Assembly (NCBI GenBank): GCA_028023455.1
Contig: JAQFVV010000010.1
Coordinates: 6,076,001-6,140,000, forward strand
DNA from: Epiperipatus broadwayi
Taxonomy: Eukaryota; Animalia; Onychophora
Length of the DNA: 64,000 nt
Reading direction: 5' to 3'
A model generated the notes under the pieces. That model made no database searches. It was not told where the DNA came from and worked only from the letters and a program-made list of their open reading frames with translations. The position numbers were made by a program, and so were the translations under genes. This document shows, piece after piece, positions 1 through 14,518 of the stretch (within the stretch, counting starts at the first letter, position 1; every line of letters begins with the position of its first letter).

Positions 1-835
1 AATCCTTGTTTGCACTGCTTTATCCTTATTTAAAGATAGTAAAAATTTTCAAAAAAATTACTTCTATGCACTTGGATTAAATGCTTTTTATACTCTTTGT
101 TTTTATTTTGTTTCATTAACAGTTTTGACAGATCTACAACCTTCATCAGAGCTAAAAAATAATTTTAATATAAATATTAACATTAACCTTTACATACATT
201 ACCTGATTTTAAAATATTATCATAAATCATAAATAAGTTTAACCATTTTAAAAATTAAAAAAATAATTACATATACATATATAGATAAAAACAAAAACGT
301 TTTTTATTTTAATTTGTTAGTAAAATAAGATAAAATCAAAGATTACAAAAAGCATTGCATCTAAATGCAAAGAAATGGTTTTATGAATTTTTTAAATATT
401 TTTAAATAAATGACATGTGATTAGATTGTTGAAACAATATTAAATTACAAAAATATTATATTAAAATTTGCACACAAAAAAATTAATTATAGAAATATTA
501 AAAGTTAATTCATAAAAATATAATTATCAAATACACTTTTAGTTATAATTCATAAAAATATAATTATCAAATACACTTTTTGTTAGTCTGATAATGAATG
601 GAAGGTTAAATCTCAGCATAGTAGGAAATAATTAAGTAATAAAAATAAAGCTAAAACTTGTGGGGAAATAATTGATTATTACAAGCATTAATTCATCTAC
701 ATAATAAATTAAAATTTACATTGACAGCAAGCAGAAATTGATTGTTTCAAACAACTTCTAGAATCTTAAATGCATTGCATTTCTTATTGTCAAATATAAA
801 TTTACATCTTACTGTCCAAAATATGTATTTATATA

Positions 836-1335
836 TATGAATTCATAGTATTATTTCTGAAAGCTTCCTTGTAGTAAAAATATAATACTTAAATAACTGA
901 TGTTCAGTACAATAACAAATAATTTCCTCAGAGCTTCTTCTTTCTCAAATCATAAGAATGTGATTTGAGAAAGAAGAGCTCTGGGGAAAGTACATATTAT
1001 TGTATTGAAAGTCAGCTATTTAAATATTATATTTTTATTATGGGGAAGTCTGGAAATAATACTATGAATTCATCATTTATCCACGAGAATATTAGAATTA
1101 ATATATATATATATATTCATAGTATTATTTTCAAGAGTTTCCATGTAATAAAAATATATAATAGATAAATAGCTGATGTTTCAGTATAATAACAAGTACT
1201 TTCCTCAGACCTTTCTCAAATCATAAGAACATCAGTTATTTAGCTATTATATATTTTTATTACAAGGGAGCTCCCGGAAAAATAATACTATGAATTCATT
1301 TATCCATGAGAATATTAGAATTAATATATATATAT
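836..1335. repeat. Diverged local tandem duplication (~240-bp unit)
   Basis: atgaattcat...gaatattagaattaatatatatat and ttctcaaatcataagaa each occur twice. Confidence 0.7.
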
Positions 1336-2891
1336 ATGTTCTAACTTGATGTGGTTCCAAGAGTAAGAGAGAGCATAATTCAATTTAGACAGTATTAAAA
1401 TTATGTATTCTGAGATCATTAAAAATAGAACGTAGCTAAAAAACAAAAAAGGTAGTCCACTGTATCTTCACATTAACAAAAGATTCAACATAATTAGATT
1501 GAATTATTATATAAAAAAAAAATGCTTCTATGAAATTAAATAAGATGAGAACAAATTTTAAATTTGACTGATGATATATTATCAAGCTTTGAAAGCAACT
1601 TAAAAATCATTCTCAAAATAAGATATAGCAAAATCGATTTATGAAAGATCTAGATTTAAACAAAAAATATATTATTTGGGCAGTTAAAATAAATAATTTA
1701 AAAATTGTAATCCTTTAATAATAATTTAAAACATTTTTCTCTATAGAATATATATTTTTCTATAATTCCTATTAATCAGATGAAGACAAGTAAGATAAGG
1801 CTAAAATGTTGATGTCATGATAGCATGGAACAATATATTAGTACAATTCATTAGTATGGCTAATAAAAATTTGGCAATTTCTAATAACTGAACAAAATAA
1901 CAACTTCTTTAAATTTTCTCAATTACTAGATTTCATTATTATTCTTTTTGCATGAATTAGAATTAACTTAAGTAAAAAAAAAAATTTTAATATTGAATAC
2001 ACACATCTTTAAAAATAACAATAAATAAATTGATATATATATATACATTCAAAAATAAAATTAAAGAAAAAAATATGTAAATGTATATAAAGAACTTTAA
2101 TTTACCTAAGTATTATATAAAAATTTTCTTATTATGACAATCAATATGAATTTGTACTTTTGCAGTTTTAATATCTATTTATAATCAATATAAGAATATT
2201 AAGAAAAACTTGTATAAATATATATATAGTCAATTGAACAATAGGCTTTTAAATCACACCAATAAATTTACTAACTTTTTTCCTAGTTATTAAAAGTTAA
2301 TATTTTGTTTTATAAAAAAAATAGATTTTTTAATTTTTTTTATAAGATCTAACATTGTTTTAAAAACAAAATTTTAAATCTACTCCTTTTTTGAATTTTC
2401 ATCTACTTTTTAATAGCAGAAATCACTTTTATTTCTTATTTTCTAAGGCATTTAATTGTAAAGATTTTTTTTTTTTTTAATTTAAGCAGAATCTGTTATA
2501 TATATATATTAATCATAATTACATATGAATATTTTATACCTTAAAAAATATTAAAGAAAAATGTAAAAATGTAGTATACAAATATCAATATGTAAAAACA
2601 GGCCTATAATAAGAGAATATGAGATGTGTTGTTGAAATATTACTACAAATTTACTTAACCTAGAAAAGCAAAAAACTTAATCCACATTCATTTTTGGAAA
2701 ACTTTCATTTTAATATATTCAATCTCCATAAGAATACTTTTTGCTAACTCAATATCCATATTATGAAAATGATGGTGAGTGCGATCTTGATGAAATAGAT
2801 GATATAATAATTAATCACATATATGTGAACGGATATTATTTTGTAAAGATATATATCATTATTATAATACTCTAAATTTACTACTACTTAC

Positions 2892-2969
2892 TTGGAATTT
2901 AGAAAGATCTACTTGCAATGATTTAAACTTATTCTGTTCTTCCATCTGCCGATGTTCTAATCGCTGAAT
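2892..2969 (-). CDS. Tango1: Tango1 exon 9, coiled coil (IQRLEHRQMEEQNKFKSLQVDLSKFQ)
   Basis: Acceptor tttttag|, donor |gtaagt, 78 nt, phase 0-0. Confidence 0.82.
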
Positions 2970-3149
2970 CTAAAAATAAAAAGATATAGGTTATAACATG
3001 ATATATATGTATTTTTGTTGATGCTCAATTTTTTATAAAATGCACATTTTAAAACATTATTATTTGGGTAATGTTATAAAAAATAATGCATGTTCTTTTA
3101 GATAGGTGTATTCTAGTAAAGAATAATATTAAGTTTAGCATTTTTAATA

Positions 3150-4300
3150 AATTATTAAAAACAGATGAATGAAAAATGGAAGCTACAAGATTTGAATATA
3201 AAAACTGTGCATAGATGTGCTTATTTAGGAAGTGAATGAGGGAAAAGAGTATTTGATAAAATTAGGAAAAAATTTTAATAATAATAATAAAAAAATTTAA
3301 GGGATATACATTATTTACCTATAACACACAGTTTGTCACATCTTATAAAAACTGGGATTCCAGATTTAATATATGACAATGAGTCGATATGTTTGGGGAG
3401 AAAAATAATGGATCCTATGAAAAAACTTAAACAAAAATTGAGAATTATACATTTTGAGCAGATGTGTGGATGGAAATGGAGGTTATTTAAGTAAAAATAG
3501 ATCTCTAAAATATCTATTATAAAGGAGGAAAAGAATAATTATAGTTTTTTGATAAATTATTACTTGCGGGCAAGAATAGAATTATGGAAAAAAGATTTCA
3601 TTGGATAACATGAATGCTGTTTTGACAATAATAAAATTAGCACTAAGGAAAGAATGATTCATTGTAGAGACTGAGGTTAAACATAATGTTATTTAGGAAT
3701 AATAAAACTTGTATAGTTTTGAAATAAAAATAAATGTAAATAGAATTCAAAAAGAAAATAGGTGATAAGATGAGAATATTAAGAATAAGCACTGTACAGG
3801 AAATTATAGAGTAAATTAATCTTTGGAAATCAGATAACTATTACTATAAAAGCAATGATATATATATAAATTACAGTGATAACAGGTTTTTAATAATAAA
3901 TATTTATTTTGCAGTCCATTCAAATTAGATTTAATAGAAAAGCTCTTAAATGTTTTGTTGGGGTGTCATTTTATATGGAATGAAAATGTGGACAATTAAA
4001 GGAGAAAAGATTGAGAGGTTTTGAAATTGATTTGGAGAAATATACATTGGAAAGACAGAATTAACAATATGTTGAAAAGAATAAATGAAAAATAATTACT
4101 TAATAAGGAAATTATAAAGAGAAACTGGATTGGTTATGTCCTTCAAAATAAGAAAATGCTGAAAGAGACTGCGAAAGATAAAAAATAGAAGATGGAGAAA
4201 AGAGAAGTTGATTGATAATCTCAACAAAGTAAGAAATTATGAATATTTAAAAAATAGAGCAACGGGAAAGAAAGACTTGAAATAATGAACCAGTTTTAGT
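3150..4300 (+). mobile_element. Decayed RTE-type LINE 3' fragment
   Basis: Degenerate YLGS, VILYGMKMWT, WKDRINN, WIGYVL motifs typical of the RTE RT C-terminus. Boundaries approximate. Confidence 0.6.
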
Positions 4301-5249
4301 AGACAATTCATAATGATAACATATAAAAAAAATAAAATGCCAGCATTTATATTCATTTAATACAATTAATTAAGTGAATACTTTTTATTTACCATTTAAA
4401 AAAAGGTGTGAAATCATGTACAATTAATACATATAAAATATAACAATCATTAGCTTTGAATAACAATATAATATTCCACATTTATTATTTGCAAAATGTA
4501 TGTGTGTATATATACATAAACTATAAATAAATATTAGAAAATACAGTAATTAAAATTTGTTAAAAAGAACAAAAAATATAAACGTCAGTTGTTTTAATTT
4601 TACTGAAAATAAAATCATAGTAACCATGTATAAAATTGCATACAGTTAAACAAATCAGCAAGATCTAAAATAAAAATAATTAAGGACATTAAGTTGTAAT
4701 GTCATAGCTTTAGAATAAAATTTTGATTAATATATAATGTGTTTTCTATATATATGTTTAATGTTCAATGTACAGAAATAAATTGTTTCAATAACCTGTA
4801 TGTTATTTCATAATGTTTATTAAAATCTTAACCCAATACTGGGAAATTGACTGCTATTAAAACTAAATTGAGAGTATATAATATTTAAATTTAAAAACCA
4901 AAAGTAAATATTTGCATGTTTTATTTTTTTAAATCCATGCTCACAAATACTGCTAGGATCAAAAATATGTTTGATTTTAGATGGTGGTGCATTACTTGTG
5001 AATAACAAAAGATTTATGCAAAATAAAATTTGATTTATGTAATTAACAGTTTCAAATATATAATTCAAAGGATAGCACTGAAAATCCTAAAATATATTGG
5101 AAATTATTAAAAATTGTATTAAAGGCATACATACTTAAAATCTTATATTTTTGTAATATTATTAAACATGAAAAAAAAAAAGTATTGTAAAAAAAAATAT
5201 GTTGTATTAATGAAATAAGATAATTAATTTATTTGGTAAACAGCATTAA

Positions 5250-5750
5250 GATGTTTATCAATATCATCCTGGGCAAATGGAAATTTGGCATATGAATTTT
5301 GGAAACCATGTTTTTTGGTCAACTAAGTAAACTGGTTATAAAAGGATAAAAATCATTTTCATAAAGTTGTCAGAGTTGTTGAACAATTGTTAAGTGAAAT
5401 TTGAAATCAAGTTGCAGCTATGAATTTGAAATTCAGTTGGAAGTTAAAACTAATGATAAAATTATGAACTTTTTCAGTGTGACTGTTATTGTCTACAAGA
5501 TAATTGGTCGTAAAGTTTCTAGAAGTGTGCTAAGGATTAATCTCATGCTATACAATTCTTTGGAAGAACCTACAAAGTTAAGCCCTAAAATGATAATCTG
5601 TGACCTATTTGATTGTCTGTAATGTTAATCTGAACTACAACAAGCTTGATCTGAAAAATTGCCTGCCTAAAAATAAATTGAGACTCAAACATCATGATGG
5701 ATTCATGAAACAAGTTTACAATCTAAGGAAAAAGCAATAACAGGATAACA
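5250..5750 (+). mobile_element. Decayed mariner-type transposase fragment
   Basis: ORF 5401: ...SVTVIVYKIIGRKVSRSVLRI resembles mariner LG-x-RKVSARWVP. Confidence 0.4.
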
Positions 5751-6046
5751 GATAACCCTGCTGAAAATTCAAATAATATTTTACATAATTTGGATATCAC
5801 TACCAAAGAAAATAAACAAATCTTCAAAATAGCTTAAAGATATAACAATACAAAGTATTTAAGATAATGATAGCATTTGTAATCCAAAAAAAAAAACAAT
5901 ATTACACATATTAATTTTTTTTAAACATGTAAAGTTTTACATATTATTTTTTGAAAGGTGAAATTAATGAACAGTAGCAATTTTATTTTTTGCAATATTT
6001 GAAGAGTAACTTCTGAATTTTTAAAATTTAAACATTCTAAACATGT

Positions 6047-6278
6047 TAACCCACTAAACATCACATGATCACTATTTCTTATGCTAGCACATTACTGTTA
6101 TTAAAACAGGCAAAACTCTCCATACAGTAGTATAACTCAGTGCCAACCAGAAACTAGTCTAGGGATATTGGATGAGTAGGCACTAGATAGGGATTTTATG
6201 CAAAAGCCTTCTGGCATCCATTGATTACTCTGGTTGGCATTGAGTGGCACTACTGTATGGAGAGTTTTGCTTGTTTTA
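6047..6278. mobile_element. Truncated copy of the hammerhead repeat family
   Basis: Tail motif ccactaaacatcacatgatcac, short inverted arm, GAAACTAGTC-TAGGGATATTGG half-ribozyme; 13-bp TSD attct(a/t)aacatgt. Confidence 0.8.
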
Positions 6279-6304
6279 ATTCTTAACATGTAACAATAAA
6301 TTAC

Positions 6305-6393
6305 CTTTCGATGATTTTTTTCAATTTCAACTTCTAAAGATTCTCGAATTTGTTCAGCTTGATATGCTCTTTTTTCAGCAGTTGATATGCGAT
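6305..6393 (-). CDS. Tango1: Tango1 exon 8, coiled coil (N-RISTAEKRAYQAEQIRESLEVEIEKNHRK)
   Basis: Acceptor ...ttttttaatatgaag|AT, donor AAG|gtaatt, 89 nt, phase 1 to 0; charged helical composition. Confidence 0.8.
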
Positions 6394-9300
6394 CTTCATA
6401 TTAAAAAAATAATAACAAACCTTTTAAAAAGATGAATATTAACACAAAATCATAAGAATTTTTATATATAATTTTTAAAATATATTCATAAAAAAATTAT
6501 CATTTGCAAATAAAATAATTAGAAATATATCAAAATTTATTTTGAACAATAACTGACATATGTATATATATTCTTGGCATATTGGAGATTGAATCAGATT
6601 GCACAATAGTTTATCATTACATGCTGCTTGCTTAACGCAATTTATTCTGGAAATTCAATTTTAAAGCTATATTTAAAACTTTTTATAAACCCTTTACATC
6701 ATTAGGATTTAATAGATATCGACTAGAATAACAATATATGATAGTTTTCTTAATCAAATTTCTTTAAAAATATCAACATTTTATAAAGTAATCACATTTG
6801 CTGAATGTTTTTAAGACAAAAATTTACAGTCAACAAGTAAAATATGTAAAATATCTTTATTTATATGAATTTAAAAAAAGAATGGGGAAGTATGGAGGTG
6901 TTAATTATAAAGATATTACACACGGGACAGAGAAAGGTGAATAACTCCGTGTTTGTGTAAATTTAAAAAATCAGGTATATTAATCTTTAACTGAGGTTTA
7001 AAGTTTATATCTGTGCTAAAGATAATCTCTAGTTTTGAAAATGATTAGTAATAATCACTATTGTATTTATTTGAAATGGATGGCATCAAAGTTGTGAGTG
7101 GAGGGAGTTTGACATGGTAAATGAAAATGTAACAATAAATTAATAACCTAACTGATGTGAAATTTTTCTATTTTGTACTTTAAAGTTTTACACTTCCCCA
7201 ATAACTGGAAATATTTTTTTCTAAATCACATTTCCATAAAAAAAAATGGTGGGGAGGGGGGGGGGGTAATAAGTTACAATGAAATTAATACCAGAAAATT
7301 AATAACTTTTTTAAAATACATTTCAATTAAAAAAAAACAACTAATTGATATATTTTTATAATATTTATTTCTCTTCCTATTCAATAAGTTTTTTTAGACT
7401 ATTTAAAATAAAATCACAATTGTATACTGCTTGGGATTATTCAATCTTATCAGCTATCATAAACAAGTGAAATCTGTAACTGTTACTATATTTATCTATA
7501 AATTATGTTATAAAGAACTTAAATAGCAATGGATAAATATGAACGATCATCATCAACCATGATTACATAATTCTGTAAAATTAACATAAATGGGGATCAT
7601 AATTCCTATAAATAAAGAATAAAATTGTTGCATATATTTTTATATACTGATATTGTAATAAGTTACATTCATGACAAGTTAATGATCTTTTTTTTTAAAG
7701 AAAAAAAAAGTATCCAAAAAAAGAATTAGTTATGCATATTAGATCTATTGTCATACTAACAATTAACAATAACCAAATAATAATTAATTATTTAAATATA
7801 TTCCTTCAATTTCTTGAACTATAACCCACATTTCTCAATCTTTAGTTAAACTAGCAGTATGGATTCCTTTAGATGTATGTAGAAGTACACATACACACAA
7901 TATTGTGTTAATTATAAATTATAATTTTTGAATTACTTTTTAATTCTACAAAATAATAGTATTAATTTTATCAATTATAAAGTTTTCATAAGTTTTGTAA
8001 AATTATTTATCACAAAAGAAATGTTTTGTTTATTTATTTTTTGTAGCAAGCATTCCTTTTCCTCTTTTCTTTTAAATATTACAAAACAATCAAGTTAAAA
8101 TTATTGCATATTCAATTAGCTGAAGAATAAAAATTGTGATGAGTTAATATATCCAGATTTTTCTGACAGAAAATAAGAATTATTACATTTTTACTTTTTA
8201 ATAAAAAAGAAACATATCTGAAAGGATTATCAGGAAAGAAAAATCTTTTTTTTTTTAAAACCTGGTAAACTTTACCATTTTACTAATAGTACTAATAATA
8301 ATTGAGATATAGTGCTAATTAAAATAAGACTTAAAAACATATTTTACTTTTCATGAAAAAATTCATTTTATTATTCTACAAAGCATTTTACCGCCATAAG
8401 GAAAGTTATTCAGTATACAAGTGCACAAAGAGAACTCCATTAAACTCTCTAAAGGAAAGGAAAAATAATAATAAAATTCACTTTATTACTGGATTTGAAG
8501 GGGAAATGTTTTTAAAAAGAAGGAATATCAATATAATTCACTTCCTGTTATAATATGTTAGTCCCTAATGCCCAAAATAAAATATTCAAACTAGATAATG
8601 AGTAAAAGTAATATAAACCAAGAAAGCTTCTACTAGAATATACTAGAAATAAAAAATTAGTAAAATATAAAAAAGCTTTCAGTGAAATAGTTAAATAATA
8701 CTTCAACAATGATCACAGAAGTAAAGATATGAAAGCAATTTTACTTAAATAGATATTTCAGTAGTAGTTATTTGACTTAAAAATCATTCAGTCCAATCCA
8801 ATGGATACTTTTAAAAAGATGTTAATCAATAAAATAAGGATCCCAAAAACTGTGGCCTATTTCAACAAAAAGGAAAGTTTAATCTTCTTTTATATCATTT
8901 TGCGTAACTCTGTAATTTAATGTATAGAAGAAAAAATTATTATTGATAATTTATTATAATTAATAATTTATATATATATATAAAGAAAGTACATATATGT
9001 ATGAATCAAATGTTAGAGTATACATGAGGATATGAAACTTTAATAGTAATTTAATTAATACTAATTTTAATTAATAGCTCATATACATTTACAAACTATA
9101 GGTTGCATCAGCTATTTCACTTATTTGTATCTAGAAAGGTAAAAAAGTCATTTCTAATCATTATAATTTTTATTGGCATTACTTTTGATATTTTAAAGTT
9201 TGATTAAAAGAATGTAAATTCCATTCCTGAAAATTGTAATTATGGGGATCACTTGAACATTATTTGTCATTTTTCTTAATCAAGTGAATTAATTATCTAT

Positions 9301-10950
9301 TTAAAGAATTTATATTTGAAAATGAGTTTATGTATGATCTCTCTTTTTAATATGTACTGGTGTTAAAAAAATACTTCTTTAATTTTCATAATTCAAATAT
9401 TTAGTTTTACATCTAAATTACACCTTTCCCATGACATCAGCTGATATTGCTTACTGATTGAGTGCATCAAGAGTAGGCTTAAGATCATGAAATATAATTA
9501 CTTGATGGCAAACTGACCCAAAGTCTCATGACAATCATTATTTATGTATTATAGTAATAAATGTTTAGCAAGTGGAATTGAATGCTGTTGAGATATAGAT
9601 TTAAATATTCCTACTGTTAAGTATATTTGCTACGTACATAAGTACATTTATTAAGAAAAAAATTAAGTTTGTAATTCATAATCAAATGGGATATTAAACC
9701 TGGATGAGACTTCATTATATTTCCATGATCAGTCACCAAGAAGTCATTCTCTCCTTTCCTTAATTATGCTTGTTACAAACAATACGCATTAATGATTTTA
9801 TTTTTATTATCTATTAATCCTAAGGGATTTATAATATTTGTGTGATATTAAGAATGACTTGACTATTTGTTTAACTGTGAGTTTAATTTAGCCATATGAT
9901 TAGTATTATTTATCATAGTGCCTTCAAGGAAATCATGCTGGAGGAATATTGACTCATTTAGCATTGCTCTAATAATGTATGGGAGGACCGATGACCCTCA
10001 TACACGGATACATCTCTTGTGGTTACAGTATCATGTTACATAGCTGTTAGTAAGAACAATATCATTCATCTGAATTACATTTAAACCCAAACAACATTTT
10101 TGCAGCACCTTAATTTGGCAACTGAATAGGGGAGCAAACAAATCATAGTTCATTACAATAAATATTTTTTTTAATGTGAACAAAAAGTTGGATTAAATAA
10201 GCATAACGTTTTGAGTTTTTTTTAAAAAAAAAACAAAACAATTACATGTCACCTTGCTTTCTTTTTTTTTTCACCAATGACAATTTAACTTTCAAATTTA
10301 AAGTAAGCTTAAAAAGTGAATCATTTTCTTTAACACATTTACGAATATCTTTTTTTATTAATTTTTAAACAAACAGTTAATGAAGATTTGCCAATATTTT
10401 TCAGGACTTTCACTTTTGTAAACTAAAAGTGACTTCTACTTTTTTTGTGTATATCACTATTTGCACAGCCAAGAAAAGTTAAATGATCCTTTAAAACAAG
10501 AAAAAACTTTTCTTTTTTTATTTGCTTTTAAAAATTTTAATGGAATGGAGAGTATTAGCACACCTCAATGTCATTAAAAATTAATTTTGGAATATAATCA
10601 CATTCAGCATTCAAAAGTTTGTTTCACATAGGAAAATCATTTTATTTTTAACTGCACTATACTTTTTTGCTTGAATCTTTCCATTTTATCAGGGATCGCA
10701 GAATATTATCCAAAATATTTTCTTTTTTGCAGATATTGATGACAACATGCAACATATTATCACAAAATTAACACCAAGAAATACCTATATTGCAGGGCAC
10801 AAAATTATAAAATATGACAATAGCTTATACAAAAATCTACGAAAAAAAGTTAGAAAATATAACCTGTAATAAAATAAAACTGCACAAGTATAAATCTGTT
10901 TTCAGTCATTAAAAACAAAAAAAATAAATATATCTCAAAAAAAAACTTAC

Positions 10951-10981
10951 TAACTGTAGCTGTAGTTTCTTTAACATGTCT
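10951..10981 (-). CDS. Tango1: Tango1 exon 7, 31-nt micro-exon (RHVKETTATV)
   Basis: Acceptor tttttacag|, donor A|gtaagt; supplies the phase 0 to 1 shift needed between exons 6 and 8. Confidence 0.75.
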
Positions 10982-12157
10982 CTGTAAAAAATATATATAA
11001 TTTTATCATATATACATTACATATATAAGCATTTATATAATAAATATTATATTTTCATGGAAACACAAACAAGTTGTCTGTGGACTAAGAAATAGGGCAT
11101 TAATCTCCTAAACAATTAAAAATATTTTTAGAACCATTGTGTAAGAATTTTTTTAAGCAGCTTTGTGGAAAGGGAAATACTATTCCCAAGTCCAAATCCA
11201 AGTCAAGTAAACTTTTTTTCAGATTCCGAACAGAGTTAGTATTTTTTTTTTTTTGGGTGGCCATCCATAGACAACCTGGCTGATCATTAAAATTGGTCAG
11301 CAAGTGGATATCTAGCATCAAATTCTTACAACCTTAATAATTGACAAACCAACTACATAATGCTTTTTCCTCCATATTTCTCTGTGAAGGGCTGCTATCT
11401 CGATATAATTATAATTTTCAAGAAACTCTTACTTACATGATTTACTACTTGTATGTAATAATGCTTATTTTTTCTTTTATTTTATTTATTTAAATGTTTC
11501 CAAGTAATAACTATCAAATATTATAATACAATTATAAAGTTGGAAAAAATTCAGCTTTTGCTGTAAATGATACTAACCATTATCAATAACAGCTGAATAT
11601 TATTCTTATATTCATTAATATTGAAAAAGATTATCCTTTTGGAATAAAACTCTAATAAAAACAGTTTTTAAAAAAAAAATCTGCAAAGTATTTATCAGAT
11701 GCTTCTCAAAAAATTGATAGTTCCATATTTAATATTATTTGAAAAATTTTATGAAGATAGATCTAATTAAATTTGCTCCAGAATGAAAATAAATGTTACA
11801 GAAATCTTAATTCATTTTGAGCATAATAACAATAACAATATAAAAAGTACTTCTCTTCATCTTGCCCTAGAACTATCTACCATAATCTTGGTAATCAACT
11901 GATACCAAATACAATAGTGCTATAATATTCACAAATTTCAGACTGTTTTCTAGTTTTTGTCTTCTTCAGTGAAAATTCAAGCTTCAAATCTAGAACTAAT
12001 GCACTTATGCATCCAGTAGCCATTTTTTTTATTCATTTATTTATACTATTCAACTAAAATTAAAAATAAAATCTAAGGTTTTGTACCTAAGTCAATCCAC
12101 ATTATTACAATTTTCAAAAAATCTTACTCTACTAAATTATTCCTTCTAAAAAAGTTT

Positions 12158-13079
12158 GGTAATACAGCATCGATTGATCCACGCCATAAAATAGCACTGT
12201 TGCTAGTGAAAAACGAATAGATATAACGTTACCGGGCTGATTTGATTATTATTATTTTGTAATGTTATCGTGTTTTTTTTTTTTTTTTGGATCGTATTTT
12301 CTTTTTTTTTTAAATAAATAAATTGATTTTTAAATATTTTTTTTAATACGTTTTGTAAAAACCTTTTTTTTCTTTATTTTTTTTGTAAAACTTGTTGTTT
12401 AACAAAATTGGATTACGGTCTTTTTTTTTTTTTAAAGTAACTTTTTTTTTTCGCTTTTGATTACGGTCTTCTTTTTTTTAAAGTAACTTTTTTTATTTTT
12501 TTTTTTGGCTTTTTACTTTCATTAAACTACCACAAAGGCAGTTCTTCTGGGTGAGGATAATATTTCTCTGTTGAAGAAAGGCCACCGCATCTGCTTCTGT
12601 AATCTGCCATTGAAATGTTTGATCTCGAAAAAGTGTTGGAAAGTGCGCGACTTGATCGTGAACTTTGCCGAATTGTGACTAACACTCCTCATTAACTGAA
12701 TTCTGACCCCTGACAACGAAACCAGGGGCGTTTGGAAAATCGTTACAATTTTTACGAACGAAAATAAAAAAAAATACATCGAAGCCAAAAAAAAATAAAA
12801 ACGTTATAATATAGTTTTCGAATTCAAAATACAGAAACCTTCACATCATACGCTGTACAATAGTTAAGAGTAATGTCTATAGAGAGTCTTGCATACTTGT
12901 CGGTAATAATGTTCAACATATTAGAGATATTGGGGTAATGGGTGCACTTCAACATCTTAGAGGTTGAACAGTTTACTAGGCCGTAAGATCTATGAGCAGC
13001 CTTGTAAACAGCATATTTATGTGCTTTAGCATAGAAACAGCGCTATCTTATGGTGTGGATCAATCGATGCTGTATTACC
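12158..13079 (-). mobile_element. Non-autonomous Merlin-like DNA transposon
   Basis: ~45-bp imperfect TIRs starting GGTAATACAGCATCGATTGATCC; 8-bp flanks aaaagttt/aaaagatt (7/8); internal minus-strand frame WQITEADAVAFLQQRNIILTQKNCLCGSLMKV resembles Merlin/IS1016 transposase N-termini. Confidence 0.6.
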
Positions 13080-13581
13080 AAAAGATTAAATACTTCCAAT
13101 TACTAACCATTAAATATTATAATAGTTATAAAGTTGGAAAAAAAAAATCATTTCTTGCTAAAAGATGATATTAATTAATATTAACAATGGCTGAATTTAT
13201 CATTTAGTTTTCTTTATGTTTTAGAGACCTTTTTATATTATGTACATATAGGCCCTTTCTACCCTTTGGCTGAAAAAATTTACTACCAACAATATCATAT
13301 GACTTACTATAATCCTAAGTAATCAATGGAGACCAGATGATATTGTGCTATAATATTCACATATCCAAATCTATTTCTAACTTTTGTTTTCAACAGTGAG
13401 AATTAGAATTCTCTGGAACTAATGCATTTATGCATCATGTTTAAAACAGTCTGGCAATGTGGATATTAAAGTAATATACTATCAGGTATCATAAATTATT
13501 CAGGCTAACAGGAAATAGTTCTAGAAAACCATATGAAAAAGTCATGTGATGTTGTTGAAGGGATGTAAATAGATAGAAGGT

Positions 13582-13733
13582 CTTCAATTAACATAAAATT
13601 AAACTATTTAAAATATATAAAAATTAATCTGGTAATCAAATCTATATAATTATGGAAGGTTTTCAATTAGCATAAAATTAAACTATTTAAAATATATAAA
13701 AATTAATCTGGTAATCAAATCTATATAATTATG
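13582..13733. repeat. Tandem duplication, 2 x ~79 bp
   Basis: ttcaatta.cataaaattaaactatttaaaatatataaaaattaatctggtaatcaaatctatataattatg is repeated. Confidence 0.9.
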
Positions 13734-14518
13734 CAAAAAAGTGGCTTGGGTTCAAAACCTAAAAATTTTCTTGAATTTCCAGCTATTAACATGAATAATA
13801 CAAAAAGCTAAAGTGACTGCTAGATGTATAAATTCATTGTTACAATTGTGAATCCTTAAATCCTTACTAACAAAAGCAAAATCCAGAAACTTGTGTGATG
13901 TGGATATAATCATCAAGTCCACTGACTATACTCAAGCATGCAGAATAAGAGATATTCATGAGATGTTGGTAATAATATAAATATATCAATGGCAAATTTT
14001 GAAAAAAAAATCCATAATGTGAGGAATGTATTTAAAATTATATACTTTAGTTTAATATTTAAATATTAAATTTCCAATTAGTTATTAATTATTAAGCTGT
14101 TTTCAGAGGTTTTTTTTTTTTTACTCTTCTTATTTTAACAAATTGTAGTATAAATATTATATATTTGATTACTAAGGATTTATAATCAAAATACTAAAAT
14201 AGCAATAAATGATTTTTTAATTGCAATCATTATTTTGCATTTACAAATATTAAAAATCAATATAAAAAATTTTAGATTTTTTTTGGTTAAAAAGTAATCA
14301 AACACTTATGATAAAAACTTGTACTATTTAAAATTTTAAATAATACTATTTTTTTTTTCCATACAATTACATGCCAAATATGTGTACCACAATATATATT
14401 AGCTATGTACATATGTATACTATTTTAAACACCCCATAGCTATATCTTTCAGTCACATTCTGTCTTTAAGTAAAGAAAAGCTTGAATTTTACAGCCCATT
14501 CAAAAGGAATATATATAC

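Noticed and set aside
121-155. CTGATGA followed by a weak AGGT/ATCT stem on minus, also a candidate acceptor
   Set aside because: No GAAA or stem III for a hammerhead; as a phase-0 exon it hits a stop at once.
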